A stretch of DNA of 64,000 bases from positions 699,999 to 763,998 of the forward strand of contig JAHLTZ010000010.1 in NCBI GenBank assembly GCA_025786725.1. The letters are read 5' to 3'. This document shows, piece by piece, positions 28,536 to 38,996 of this stretch. Source of the stretch: Syncephalis fuscata S228. Lineage: Eukaryota; Fungi; Zoopagomycota. Position 1 is the stretch's first letter. Every line of letters starts with the position of its first letter. The position numbers were made by a program, and so were the translations under genes. The notes under the pieces were generated by a model. It searched no databases. It was not told the origin of the DNA and was given only the letters and a program-made list of their open reading frames with translations.

Positions 28536-29009
28536 TTAAGCATTAATTCTTGGCAAACTACCACTCTTTCCAAAAGTCTGAGTCCAGTAAGATTTACCAT
28601 TCGAACCAATGGCTAGACCAACGCCAAAATGTGTTACATCGCTGAGTAGATTGTTACGATGGTCTGGAGAGTTGATCCATCCAGTCATGGCATCGTTTTC
28701 ATTTTGGTTGTTTTCGGAGATGTTTTCTGCTGCAAAATTCCATGAAACACCTTGAGCAGATAGTCGCGCCATTAAACGGGCTTCACCTGGCAAGTCATGC
28801 TCCATTTGATGGTAATACGCTTGCATATTACTGTGTATTTGCGCAGCTTGCATTAGTGACCCATCGAAGTCTAGTGGGTGGCGTCCGTTACTTGCACGGA
28901 ACTCGTTGACCAAGCGTAGCATATTGACTGGATTTAATGTTGCCGCTATTGTCTCTTGAACTCCGGTAGCCAGCAAGATAGCGGTTGCGAGAATGGCAGT
29001 GAATTTCAT
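28536..29009 (-). CDS. Secreted CAP (SCP/PR-1) domain protein, intronless
   Basis: Signal peptide MKFTAILATAILLATGVQETIA; 'LVNEFR..L..AAQIHS..M..H', 'AAENI', 'WINSPDHRNNLL', 'YWTQTFG'. Confidence 0.92.
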   Translation of the reverse strand: MKFTAILATAILLATGVQETIAATLNPVNMLRLVNEFRASNGRHPLDFDGSLMQAAQIHSNMQAYYHQMEHDLPGEARLMARLSAQGVSWNFAAENISENNQNENDAMTGWINSPDHRNNLLSDVTHFGVGLAIGSNGKSYWTQTFGKSGSLPRINA

Positions 29010-30839
29010 ATTGATTTATGTTTAAAAGTTAATAAATGAAGTATATCAGACTAGCTGAGCAGTGGTAGTAGTGTATGAGTAAAGATGCGTTGTATAGTTT
29101 AGTTGTGATGACCAGATATAATTGATAGACATAAACCATGCTGCTTATATAGCAGCGCCACTGGTAATATTTTGCTAAAAACCAAGTTCATGTATCAGCA
29201 GTGATACCAACCGGTATTGTGCATTAGAACAGGCAAGCTGATAAGGCGGCTGTTTAGAGCCCGTTGCACTCTAGGCTTTGTTCTAATTGTAAACATAGCG
29301 CTTTTTGTATCTCGTGACAAGATTATATTCACCGTTATTTATTAACTTGGTGACATAGAGTATACAGTCGCTTGCTGCAATTTGGCGCTAGATTCAACGT
29401 AAATACAGAACAATATTATTGTATTTCAAACAATTGGAATAAATCTATGATCAACAACTCATGCTTGGCAATCATAGGATGATGCAGATTCGACTTGAGC
29501 GACAGTTTTACCGCTGCATTATAGTTGTTTAATGATAGAATACAGGAATGCAGTCTGAATTGCTGAAAAGATCCAGCTATCAAGGCCTGGACTGTTGTTA
29601 TACCAGTGATCCTCAAAATAACCTAACCAATGGTAGTTTATAATATCTTGATTGTTAGCACGTATTTATGAATTAAGCCATTAAAGACTTCAAATTTAAA
29701 ATGCTAATTTATATTCATCAACGCAACTACTGTTAATCCCACCTTCTATGTGTACATTTCTTTTGAGGCTCATATTGCAATGCGTGTTCTAGGAAACCGG
29801 ATCAAACAGGATTTATCACATGGACATGCATAAAAAGAACTCAAGCAGCACAGCTAACAGCTGTGCTAAATTGTAATGGGCGTTTTAATTTGCCAAATCC
29901 AGGTTTAACTGATAGATACCATTCGTCCGCAAGCAATTAGTGAAACATTTAGATGGCATTAATTAAGTAGGTTTGGTTGTCAGGAGACTATTTTTATATC
30001 CCTGTAACAGTCTAAGCCCTTAAAGACAACTATTAGTACGGTAAAAAAACCTTTGTTTTTGCGTTATTTATTCATAAGCTAATAGTATACATCTTATAAT
30101 CATAATTACATCTATATTTTTGTATTAAATTCAATATATTTAATAATATTACAATCAATTAATCAGAAACAAACATAAATTTATTATAATCTGACAAAAT
30201 ATTAAATAAAATTGTCGTTTTAAATATACACATAGTAAAAGAATTAGGTTGGTATTTAATTTACGCTCTCTATTTTAAGTCCCCATGGCATATTCATTTC
30301 AATTGAAGTCGTGCTTTATGTACAACATAGTTATATTACTTTCTATTAAAATACTGTCAATAAATTGTTTTAAATAAACAATGTAACATACTATTTGATT
30401 TTTTTAAGACATTTGAGGTCGATTATTGTGGTTGTTGGCCATGTGTAAAAAGATTGATCGAATATTAATAGAAACCATATGATGGCAATTCCATATCGTT
30501 ATTCATTTGTTGCTGTTGCATCTATGTACAGCATGAATTATTGCATCTGAATGGTCTATTCTGTTTTCTAATATTCTACTATTGCATTTTGGGCATATTT
30601 GTGATGTAAACTCAAGATTGCTATAATTATTATAAAAGTCGTTTATTAAACAGCCACTTTTCCTATAGCCAATCTGACTAAATATATGAAATAGCTCCGC
30701 AGTTAATACAGTTATAAATTTGAACTTGTTAAATCATTTCCTACCCCAATGATGCAAATATGGCAAGCGACAATTCAACAGGCGCGTCGTTCATATTTGC
30801 TTTTTTCCTTGCGCAATCTATCGTGTATTCGTCATTCCA

Positions 30840-31901
30840 ATGGCTAGCATGCTACGTACTAGGAGCTGGTTACGACCAAGCGGTCTACTGGGACGCGTAG
30901 CCATAACACCGTTCAACCAGTCAGCATTGCTACGTCCATTGGCTGGACTGACTTTAACGTCCACACGAACTTATGCCTCTCATTCGGATCCTCGCCAGAA
31001 TCATCGTCTAATCGTGACAGATCACGGTTTAATCGGTAATCTTCTTTAGCAGTAGCTTGATAGTTTCTTATTTCAGTAATATAGATCCCTTTGTGCCACT
31101 ACCTCGGTCACAGCGACCATCAATCTTTAGTCGGGCGGGATTCCGTACTGCAGTAAAGCATTGGAAAAATATAGCATTTACAACATTTTGGTAGGTCCTT
31201 TGTATTAATGAAACAATAAACGAGACTGTATTTACGCTTGCACTACTTATAGTATTGGCCGACTACGTATGTCATTGGACGGATGGAAGCCAAAGCCATT
31301 TGCCATGGAAGCACAAGAGATGTACGAGTGGATGAATAATGCATTTGCACGGTAAGTCATTGTTTGTTAATTAGTGATTGTATATTAATATATTAATTTG
31401 ATTATTTATAATAGTGGTGCGCGTGAAGAATTACGTGAAATTTGTACTGAAAATATGTTTTCTGTAAGTAATAAAAATAAAATGATGGTGATGATGATGT
31501 ATTAATTAAATGATCCAACAGCGATTAAAGAATGATATGAAAAATCGAGTAGGTACTTATAAATGGACACTACACGGTCAAGTGGAACCACCACGCGTTG
31601 TTACTGCACGTTATGGCCAAATGGCCACCAAATTGTTCCTAGCGCAAGTTACCGTGCGTATTCATACTAAGCAGGTAAGCAGAATAGCTAAATAGTAAAT
31701 AAATACAGTCGGTTTAAACTGCTTTTGTATACAGAGTATGGCGGTTTACAATAAAAAAGGTTACTTATTGGCGGCAATCCCAATGAACCGCAGAATATTT
31801 GTGAATATATAGTATTTCAACGCGTAGTCGGTCCAGGAGAAAGAAATGGATGGAAGATTTATGGCAAGGTACAGGAAAGACCTGTTATTGCTGCGCCATA
31901 A
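30840..31901 (+). CDS. Mitochondrial Tim44-like domain protein (mL45/MRPL45/Mba1 family)
   Basis: Arg/Ser/Leu-rich presequence; 'AQEMYEWMNNAFA', 'YKWTLH..EPPRVV', 'AQVTVRIHTKQ|SMAVYNKKG', 'EYIVFQR..WKIYGKV'; one 1-nt frameshift at ~31760. Confidence 0.82.
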
Positions 31902-32037
31902 GCTATAATTACTATTACATTACACAAACTACCATACTACTATTACTATTACTCTACTGCTGATCTACGATTATTAAAATAAACCATTATATCGACTGTT
32001 TTAAACACTAATTATTAGCTCGTATATTGTGCTTTAT

Positions 32038-32452
32038 TTATACTGTTGCTAGTGTATTTTCGCCGTGTTTAAGTCGGTGTCGAATGTCACGTAGGCAGTG
32101 TCGGCAAATATGTCCCATCATACGATCACGTCCACAGCCTGGACATGCCACGATATCAGTGCGGTTCTTTAAAGCTTTATTCGAGGCACGCATCCGCTTC
32201 TTTGAATGCGACGTTTTCTTCTTGGGTACAGCGCGTAGAATAGACTCCCATAGACCGCGTAGTCCTTCTAGTACGCGTACTGATCCGGCTGTCCATAGTG
32301 CACTGACACTTGTCGAATCAGTAGCGTTATTTCTGCCTCTGTTCTACACCCGCAACCAACGAGTAGTAACGAGGAGCAGTGGCCCAATAGGCCGATGGCG
32401 CTATGGATCGCGCGGCATTAACGCGAGTAATCCGTTGACGGATTGCAAACAT
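32038..32452 (-). CDS. MRPL32: Mitochondrial ribosomal protein bL32m (frameshift in the presequence region as assembled)
   Basis: 'WESILRAVPKKKTSHSKKRMR..K.LK..DIVACPGCG...GHICRHC'. The ORF track reports only the antisense ORF 32027-32467. Confidence 0.9.
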
Positions 32453-32592
32453 AGTCGACTAGGCTAGTTATGTTAAATGACAAAGTGTGTAAAATAAAAA
32501 TAATAAACATTTTATAAACCATTTCTGTAGATTTTCGCCTTATTAAACTCACTCTACACTTCTACACTTTGTGTATACTATTATTCAATACC

Positions 32593-33804
32593 ATGTCTTC
32601 TGATCTGGGTGGTAAGCCATAGCGTTTATATTACTTTAAATACTCATTCATATATAGGAACACGCGGCGGTCGCGATCAATTTAGCTGGGATCAAGTTAA
32701 AGATGATAAAGATCGTGAATGTTATCTTGGCCATTCCTTGATGGCACCTATTGGCAGGTAAATACTTTGATAACAGGTTAATATTAGCATAATTAACGTA
32801 AGCTTTATTATATATTAGATGGCAGAAAGGTAAATAGAAAGCAGAGTGGAGTATGAAAGAAAAGGAAGCGCAGTAGTATTAGTATTATCAATAATAGAAT
32901 GGTGGATTGTAGCTAGTAATATAAATTCGTTAATTAAACAATTTATTAGGTCGAGATCTACTTTGGTATACAAAAGATAAACAAGGTGATGATCAAGAAG
33001 CCGTTCGACGACAACGCCAGCTTGAAATACAAGCTATCAAAGATGCCGAAGCAGATGCCTTATCAGAAGCACTGTAAGTAATAGTTTATTATTATAACAA
33101 TATGGACACTTATGATTTATTAATGCTATTGAATAGAGGATTTGCCCCTCAGAAACGACGTACATCTCAACTAACTGAAAGTGAATTACAAGCGGTATTA
33201 AAGCGAGAAAAGGCTATAGAACAAGAGGATGAAACGGAAGAGGATGTACGAGCACGCGAAGCTGATCGTGTTCAAGGTCTTGGTTACCAAGAGTAAGTAG
33301 ATCAGTACTATACCAATGGTAATTTTAATTGCCTTATTAATGTTATTGTTGATGTTTAGACCACGTCGATTTGGACCAGTGTCAACGGCTGGCGCATCAA
33401 ATACTGCCGCATCAAGTGGTGGATTAATGAGATTGGAAAAAGGACAAGTATTACCAGGACGAACACCAATAGCCAATACACAACATTTAGCTGAAATGAC
33501 TAGTACCGACTTTTTAAATAATACACGATCTACAGAGACACGTGAACATAAAAAGAATAAGAAGGAAAAGAAGGAAAAGAAGGAAAAGCGTAAAAAGGAA
33601 AAGAAATCACGCTCTTCTCGTCGACGTAATGACAGTATTGAAGATGGTGAAAGACGAGAACATCATAAACGATCACGACGCGACTCACCTTATCGTCATG
33701 AACGCCGTCGTAGCCATGATAGAAGAGATGATAGAAGAGATTATACAAAAGATGATAGGAGAGAACGCTATAAATTGGACGACCACTCTCATCATCGCAA
33801 TTAA
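32593..33804 (+). CDS. MMTAG2/C1orf35-like protein with Arg/Asp-rich C-terminus
   Basis: '[34 protein letters not shown]|WQKG|RDLLWY', '[17 protein letters not shown]|GF'. Confidence 0.88.
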
Positions 33805-33899
33805 CTATAATTCAATTGTATTAATAAAGATATATTAATAATAGTGTATTTACTTGATTACATTGTTATGTAAATTTAAACGGTAAATTAATTATATTG

Positions 33900-34123
33900 A
33901 AAAATGCTTGTCTCTGTTGTGAAGGCAATAATGCCAATAAATTAGCAAAGTATTGTTAAACTACATCTGCAACCAGCAGATATGACAATGCCGTTGCGGT
34001 TACTTGAAAGTACAAAATGTAAAATAAAATGAAGAAAAAGTATTAATTAAAAATCAGTAACAATCATTAAAAATAATCATTATAATTACCATATTATCTA
34101 AAGTCGATAAACTCCAAGAAATA
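33900..34123 (-). ncRNA. Candidate Fanzor omegaRNA scaffold remnant
   Basis: Lies directly 3' of the Fanzor stop. Hairpins on the minus strand: ATATCTGC-TGGTT-GCAGATGT (extendable by ATTGT/ACAAT), CCG-CAA-CGG, GGCA-TTAT-TGCC, TACTT-TC-AAGTA. Positional inference only. Confidence 0.3.
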
Positions 34124-34978
34124 TTAGCTTCTTCGAAACCGATCCAGTATAATAGCACTCAATCGTATATTTTCAAGAATATGCTTGGAATTTAAAATAG
34201 CAATCAAATTACAATGCCGCAATCTTGCATCCATAAAAATTTCATAAGCTTTCTTACAATTTTGATTTGCGCACCTACAAATAATCTAGATGCCAGAATA
34301 AAATATTTATTTTGTATTCAGTCTATAAATTATAGTACCTTATAAGTGTATGACACTTTACTTTTGGATGATTTCTATATTAATACGGAAGTGGATTATC
34401 AATTATTTCAAATGTTTCTAAACTTTGAGCTTGACAACTGGGACAGGTTTAGAGCTGTTATACTCATCAACTAAAAGCACGTTAAAAGCATTATTTTGTA
34501 GCATACGCTTCAAAGCCAGCATCTCAAATAGGTTCTTGAAACTTTACATGACTTGCAGACTAGTTACCAAATACCAAAGTAGCATCACTATCAAACTTGG
34601 ATCTAAGCTTATTGATAAGCTTTTGGTCAGCTTGCTGTCGTCTAATGTACGAGGATAGTTTTGGTTTTCTGAACAGCCAGTTTGTTTAATAGAATGTATA
34701 TTTGTTTGATAAGAGTAATATGGTGCAAGATATTGGTAGACAACAGCACGAACGGCGAGATATTCTTCAAAATTAGATAAATTAACAGACCTGGTTTGAC
34801 ATTGAGATAATAAATATCATTTTTTTTGAACATTGGGATACTTTGCTTTCAATTCCAATTTGATTCTGCGATACTTTTTGTTCCAGGTATTAAAATGTCT
34901 TTGATTTGAAGTATATCTGTAGGCCATTGGCTCTTGAATGGTGCTGAAGTTACAGTGTGTGTATAAGCAAAATAACTT
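34124..34978 (-). mobile_element. Decayed Fanzor (TnpB-like RuvC nuclease) gene, 5'-truncated, with one spliceosomal intron (34275-34338)
   Basis: Hand translation across frameshifts: 'LFCL..STIQEPMAYRYTSNQR..KKYRRI', 'FEEYLAVRAVV..LAPYY', 'LFRKPKLSSYIRRQQADQKLINKLRSKFDSDATLVFGN*SA..KFQEPI*', 'LKRML..FNVLLVDEYNSSKTCPSC..LETF..NPLPY..P.V.CHTLIR|CANQNC..RLRHCNLIAILN..I..R..DRFRRS*'. Confidence 0.85.
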
Positions 34979-35121
34979 TATAAAAATATAATTATTTAAT
35001 CATTGAATTACATTAACTAATTAATAAGTTGTATAATAATCCATTAGCTAATTTATTTGTAAAGACAATAATGCTAATGAAATAGTGAAATAATGCTAGG
35101 CAAAATCTATATCTAGTTTGC

Positions 35122-36980
35122 TTAACCTCTAACTATTCCATAATACGGAACAAAAACAGCACGGTCTGATGGTGGTTTATCGAATCTTGGATTAGGATCA
35201 AGTACAATATACCCGGAATATGACCATATTTCATTTTTTTGTATATTCATTGGCGTACTGATCCGTATCATAATCTCGCCTTTTTGCTTTGGCTGTAGAT
35301 TAATAGATCCTGGAAAGGAAACAGCTGCAGTTACGGGTGATCTTGCCGTCATATCAATAAAATATGATACTTTTGAAGCAGCAGCAGCAGGAATGTGTGA
35401 GATTTTATACGAGAGTGCAGTGTCAAAAAGAGATGTAATTTGATATGTAAATTCGCTGTATTGTCAAAAGTATTTTTCATATTAATTGAAGATGGTTCAA
35501 CGTGAATGCGTTCATTATCTATTAATTTGTTAAGATTAATCATGCCGGCACCTTGATATTCTACAGAAACGTAGTTATTTAGATTGCTGTCTTTGACTGG
35601 AATTGCGTTGTTCTGTAGTATAGTTTTGATAGAGGTAATATCAATCGAGCTATATTGATTATGTTGAACTATCAATGCAGCTGCACCCGCAACATAGGCA
35701 ACAGCAGCTGATATATCGCTAAAATAAGGTTTGCTTATTGTTTTACGAGTGGTAGTAGTGTAGATTTTGTAACTCGGTGCCAAGATGTCAGGATAGAAAG
35801 GTGGTATAAGTGGTTCATTCTGCGGTCCAGCCGTATCGACAGTAACGCCGCCATCCTCAGTGTAGCCATACTTTTCTGCAAAAATATATTTGTATCCAAG
35901 CTTATTTCTATAGCCTTCTTTTATAAATAAACATCTTTTTCACTGATATCAAATAAGGGTATATCGCATTTTTGTTTTTTTTTAGAAGGACCGTTTACAA
36001 TGATAAGCCCAGCCATACCTATTGATTTAGCATACTCTAAAAAATAAGGCATTTTTGATTTGTCATACCACACAAGTGCAATGTCTTGTCTTTTAAGCCC
36101 AGTATATTCGATTAATTTGCCCTTGATATTTTTAGGAATAATATCCGCTTCTTTGTTAAAGTTATAGCTCATGTTTGAACATGAAGACGTAAACTCAATA
36201 CGACGGCCAGTTGTTTTTTCCTCAAACCAATGTGATAAACGATATTCTTGTTTAAAACCACCAACGCTTAATACAGGAAGGCCTTGATATGAAAAATATT
36301 GCTGATTTACAAAATTATTAACTGATGCTGCAACAATCATAATCACACCATGTTTTGCGCATCTTCTATTTCTTGTCCCAGCTGAGTGTCGTATTCATCT
36401 ACAATGGCAATATCCGGCAATACAATGATTTTCATTTGATCCTTGATTGCTGCTTTTATGGCTTGCAACACCAATGAGGTTGAAGTTGAACCTGTGCAGC
36501 CAAATACGCGATAGGAGCCAAAGGTTACCTCGGGGGCAACTCCAGTAAAATAATTGGTTTTTGCAACAGCAATTCCAGCTAGACCTATGCCGAGTTTATT
36601 GCATTTAAACCAATCTTTAACTTGGTCATACTTAGCAGCTACAAATTTGTGATTATACTTATAGTTTCCTTCAAATGCAGCAGCTCTAAGATTAATGCCG
36701 CTATCAATGATTCCAATTTCACACCTCTTCCTTTGAAGCCCATGGCGTGAAGTACTTGAACACCAGTGGCACGTAGTAAGGTGTTACATAAACTGGTTTG
36801 CCGGTGATTTTAGAACTAATAAAAACGATTGGGGCTAGGTATTGTGTAAAAATCATTTTCATATGTTTTGGTACTGTCAACGGCAAAATTGTGTTGAACA
36901 AAATAACAATAGTGTAAATATTGTCAATTGCCGTAACTGAATCGTTATCATCGTTATAATTAGTTGCTGTATCCAAAATA
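35122..36980 (-). pseudogene. S8 subtilisin-like protein with PA and Fn3-like domains; catalytic His lost; frameshifts; ends uncertain
   Basis: 'TGVQVLHAMGFKGRGVKIGIIDSGI', 'CNKLGIGLAGIAVA' (normally xHGTHVAG), 'FTGVAPEVTFGSYRVFGC', 'PDILAP', 'SDISAAVAYVAGAAAL', 'SVEYQGAGMIN', 'YSGYIV..VPYYG'. Confidence 0.75.
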
Positions 36981-38159
36981 ACTGTATAGTTTAACTGTAT
37001 AAAAAGTAAAGATAAAGGTAACTAAAAAACGAAACGATGTACGTAAGGCAAAAATATTTTTGATAAATATTCGGCAGCTACTTTTAGTCTCAAATAAATA
37101 TAATAAAAAATGCAGGCATGTTTTAAATACCATTTTGAATTACCAAACAAAATATTTAAAACAGGCATCCAAAATTATACTATGATAAAGTAGTAATGTG
37201 AATAAAAATTGCTGGTAGCTTGATTTTTATTTTCTATTAATTAATTTAGATATTACCATGCGGTGTTGCCTCTTCTTTAATCAACTACCACAATTTTTAT
37301 GTATTTTTTATGGAATTGGCTAACTGTGTTACTATAAACTAATATATAGTTCGGCAATTACCTCAAAGGTTGAGATCAGACATACTTTAGACTATATGTA
37401 AAGGCATTAAAATTTAGCGATAATTAACACGCGTGCTACTCACGAAGCAAAGCAATCAGTTTGAACAATAACATGTTTGTTATAATGATTAATATAATCC
37501 ACCCAAAACCACCTTTAATAAAACAAATTCTAGTTCAGTTGCACAAGTATTAGCAGACTTGGCCAATCAATCCTCAAATTATATTAAATAGCTGACAAAT
37601 TAACTAATATTTGCAAAAGAAAAGGCACGTTTATTTGGTTAATAAATAAAATATTATATAGTAATTTTGTAATATAAACTAGCTGGCTAAATGAGATATT
37701 GCATATAGAGTCTATTTATAAACTAATCATTAGCAAATGAAAAATCATCAAGCTGCTATATGGCATTAGTACTTTATAGCAATAGTTGTTGACCAGTTAT
37801 AGTAATCCTATGGCTAATAGCTTTCAGTACATATAGATAATACTGTCATCAGCTTGGTAGCAATATAGATAGAGCAATATGCCAATATTTTGTTGAATCT
37901 ATTTATATAAAAAATTTTACCAAGTTAAATTTGTATCAAGTGTAAAACTAAATCATCAAACAGCATGGCGGCTACCAGATCAAAGTGTAAAGAGTATGAA
38001 TATGGTTGATAAAATTATAGTGTTTATGCCAATAAAATGAATTAACATTTACAATAAACTTAGTTAATGATAAGAAATTAGCTTTTATTGATGATATGTA
38101 ATCAGTATAAATATTTCTAACATATAGTTACTAACCTTTTCTTGTCTTATTTATCTATA

Positions 38160-38548
38160 CACACTGGGTCATATTCCTATACTTGCTATTAAACGTATTG
38201 CCGCATTTGCCGACAGCAACTCGCTTATTTCACTTTCATGTTGCAGTAAATGGCTGCGGTATTGTGTTAGCCAGCAGAACAACGTATGATGCCAGAGATA
38301 CAAGCAGTATTATAGTCTTGCTAATGACAATGAGATAAAGTGACTGGCCTTGTATATGAAGACGGTACGTGCATCAAAGCTGGTGACATCACAAACCAAA
38401 AAAAAACAATCAACGCTACTCAGTTAAGCAATCAGCATATCAAATGGTTCATGCATTTGGTTATTGATGCGCTACTGATGCAAATTGGCTTAAAGACACG
38501 CCATATTTAGTCAAAGATGTAGTAGATAAAGAGTCAGAGTATCATTAA
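38160..38548 (+). pseudogene. F-box protein N-terminal remnant with in-frame stops
   Basis: 'LGHIPILAIKRIAAFADSNSLISLSCCSKWLRYCVSQQNNV*CQRYKQYY..EIK*L..Y', followed by 'KWF..AF..*CATDANWL'. Confidence 0.6.
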
Positions 38549-38996
38549 AAAATTTAAGAGCCTGATTCAACGTCATTCATTACTAAATGATGCATTTAAC
38601 ATAAGAAACGCAATATTGATAGTAGATAACAGAAATTATAAAATAATAGATTTGTTGATATAATTGCTAATCTTTTATTTTATTTTTACTATTGATTAAA
38701 CAATTCGTACAATTATTTTATATTTATTTGGCGCAATCGTCAGCGTTATACGATACGGCAATGATGGCCATTTGACACTAAAACTACTTATTATCATAGA
38801 ACATGTTCACTAGCGAAATAATATTTATACTATCATTATACATTAAAATAAAGCTTTATATTTGTTATAATGACAATTATTATTATTATTAACGTTAATA
38901 TATGGTCAATGTAAAACACGAGTATATTTGTATAAACATCTAACGTAGAGATGTGGCAGACAGGATGTACAGAATGAAACGGGAAAATAAAAGTAG

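Noticed and set aside
29700-29870. Second Fanzor trace ('VDEYK' on the minus strand) and a 9-bp hairpin at 29847-29867
   Set aside because: No flanking CPxC or other motifs; compatible with chance.
32027-32467. 146-aa plus-strand ORF
   Set aside because: Antisense shadow of MRPL32.
38286-38345. TGA=Trp or TAG=Gln genetic-code reassignment suggested by stops at W and Q positions
   Set aside because: TAG terminates NAP1 and the MYSM1-like gene, TGA terminates the Tom6-like gene, and conserved genes show no internal TGA/TAG. Point mutation in pseudogenes explains it.
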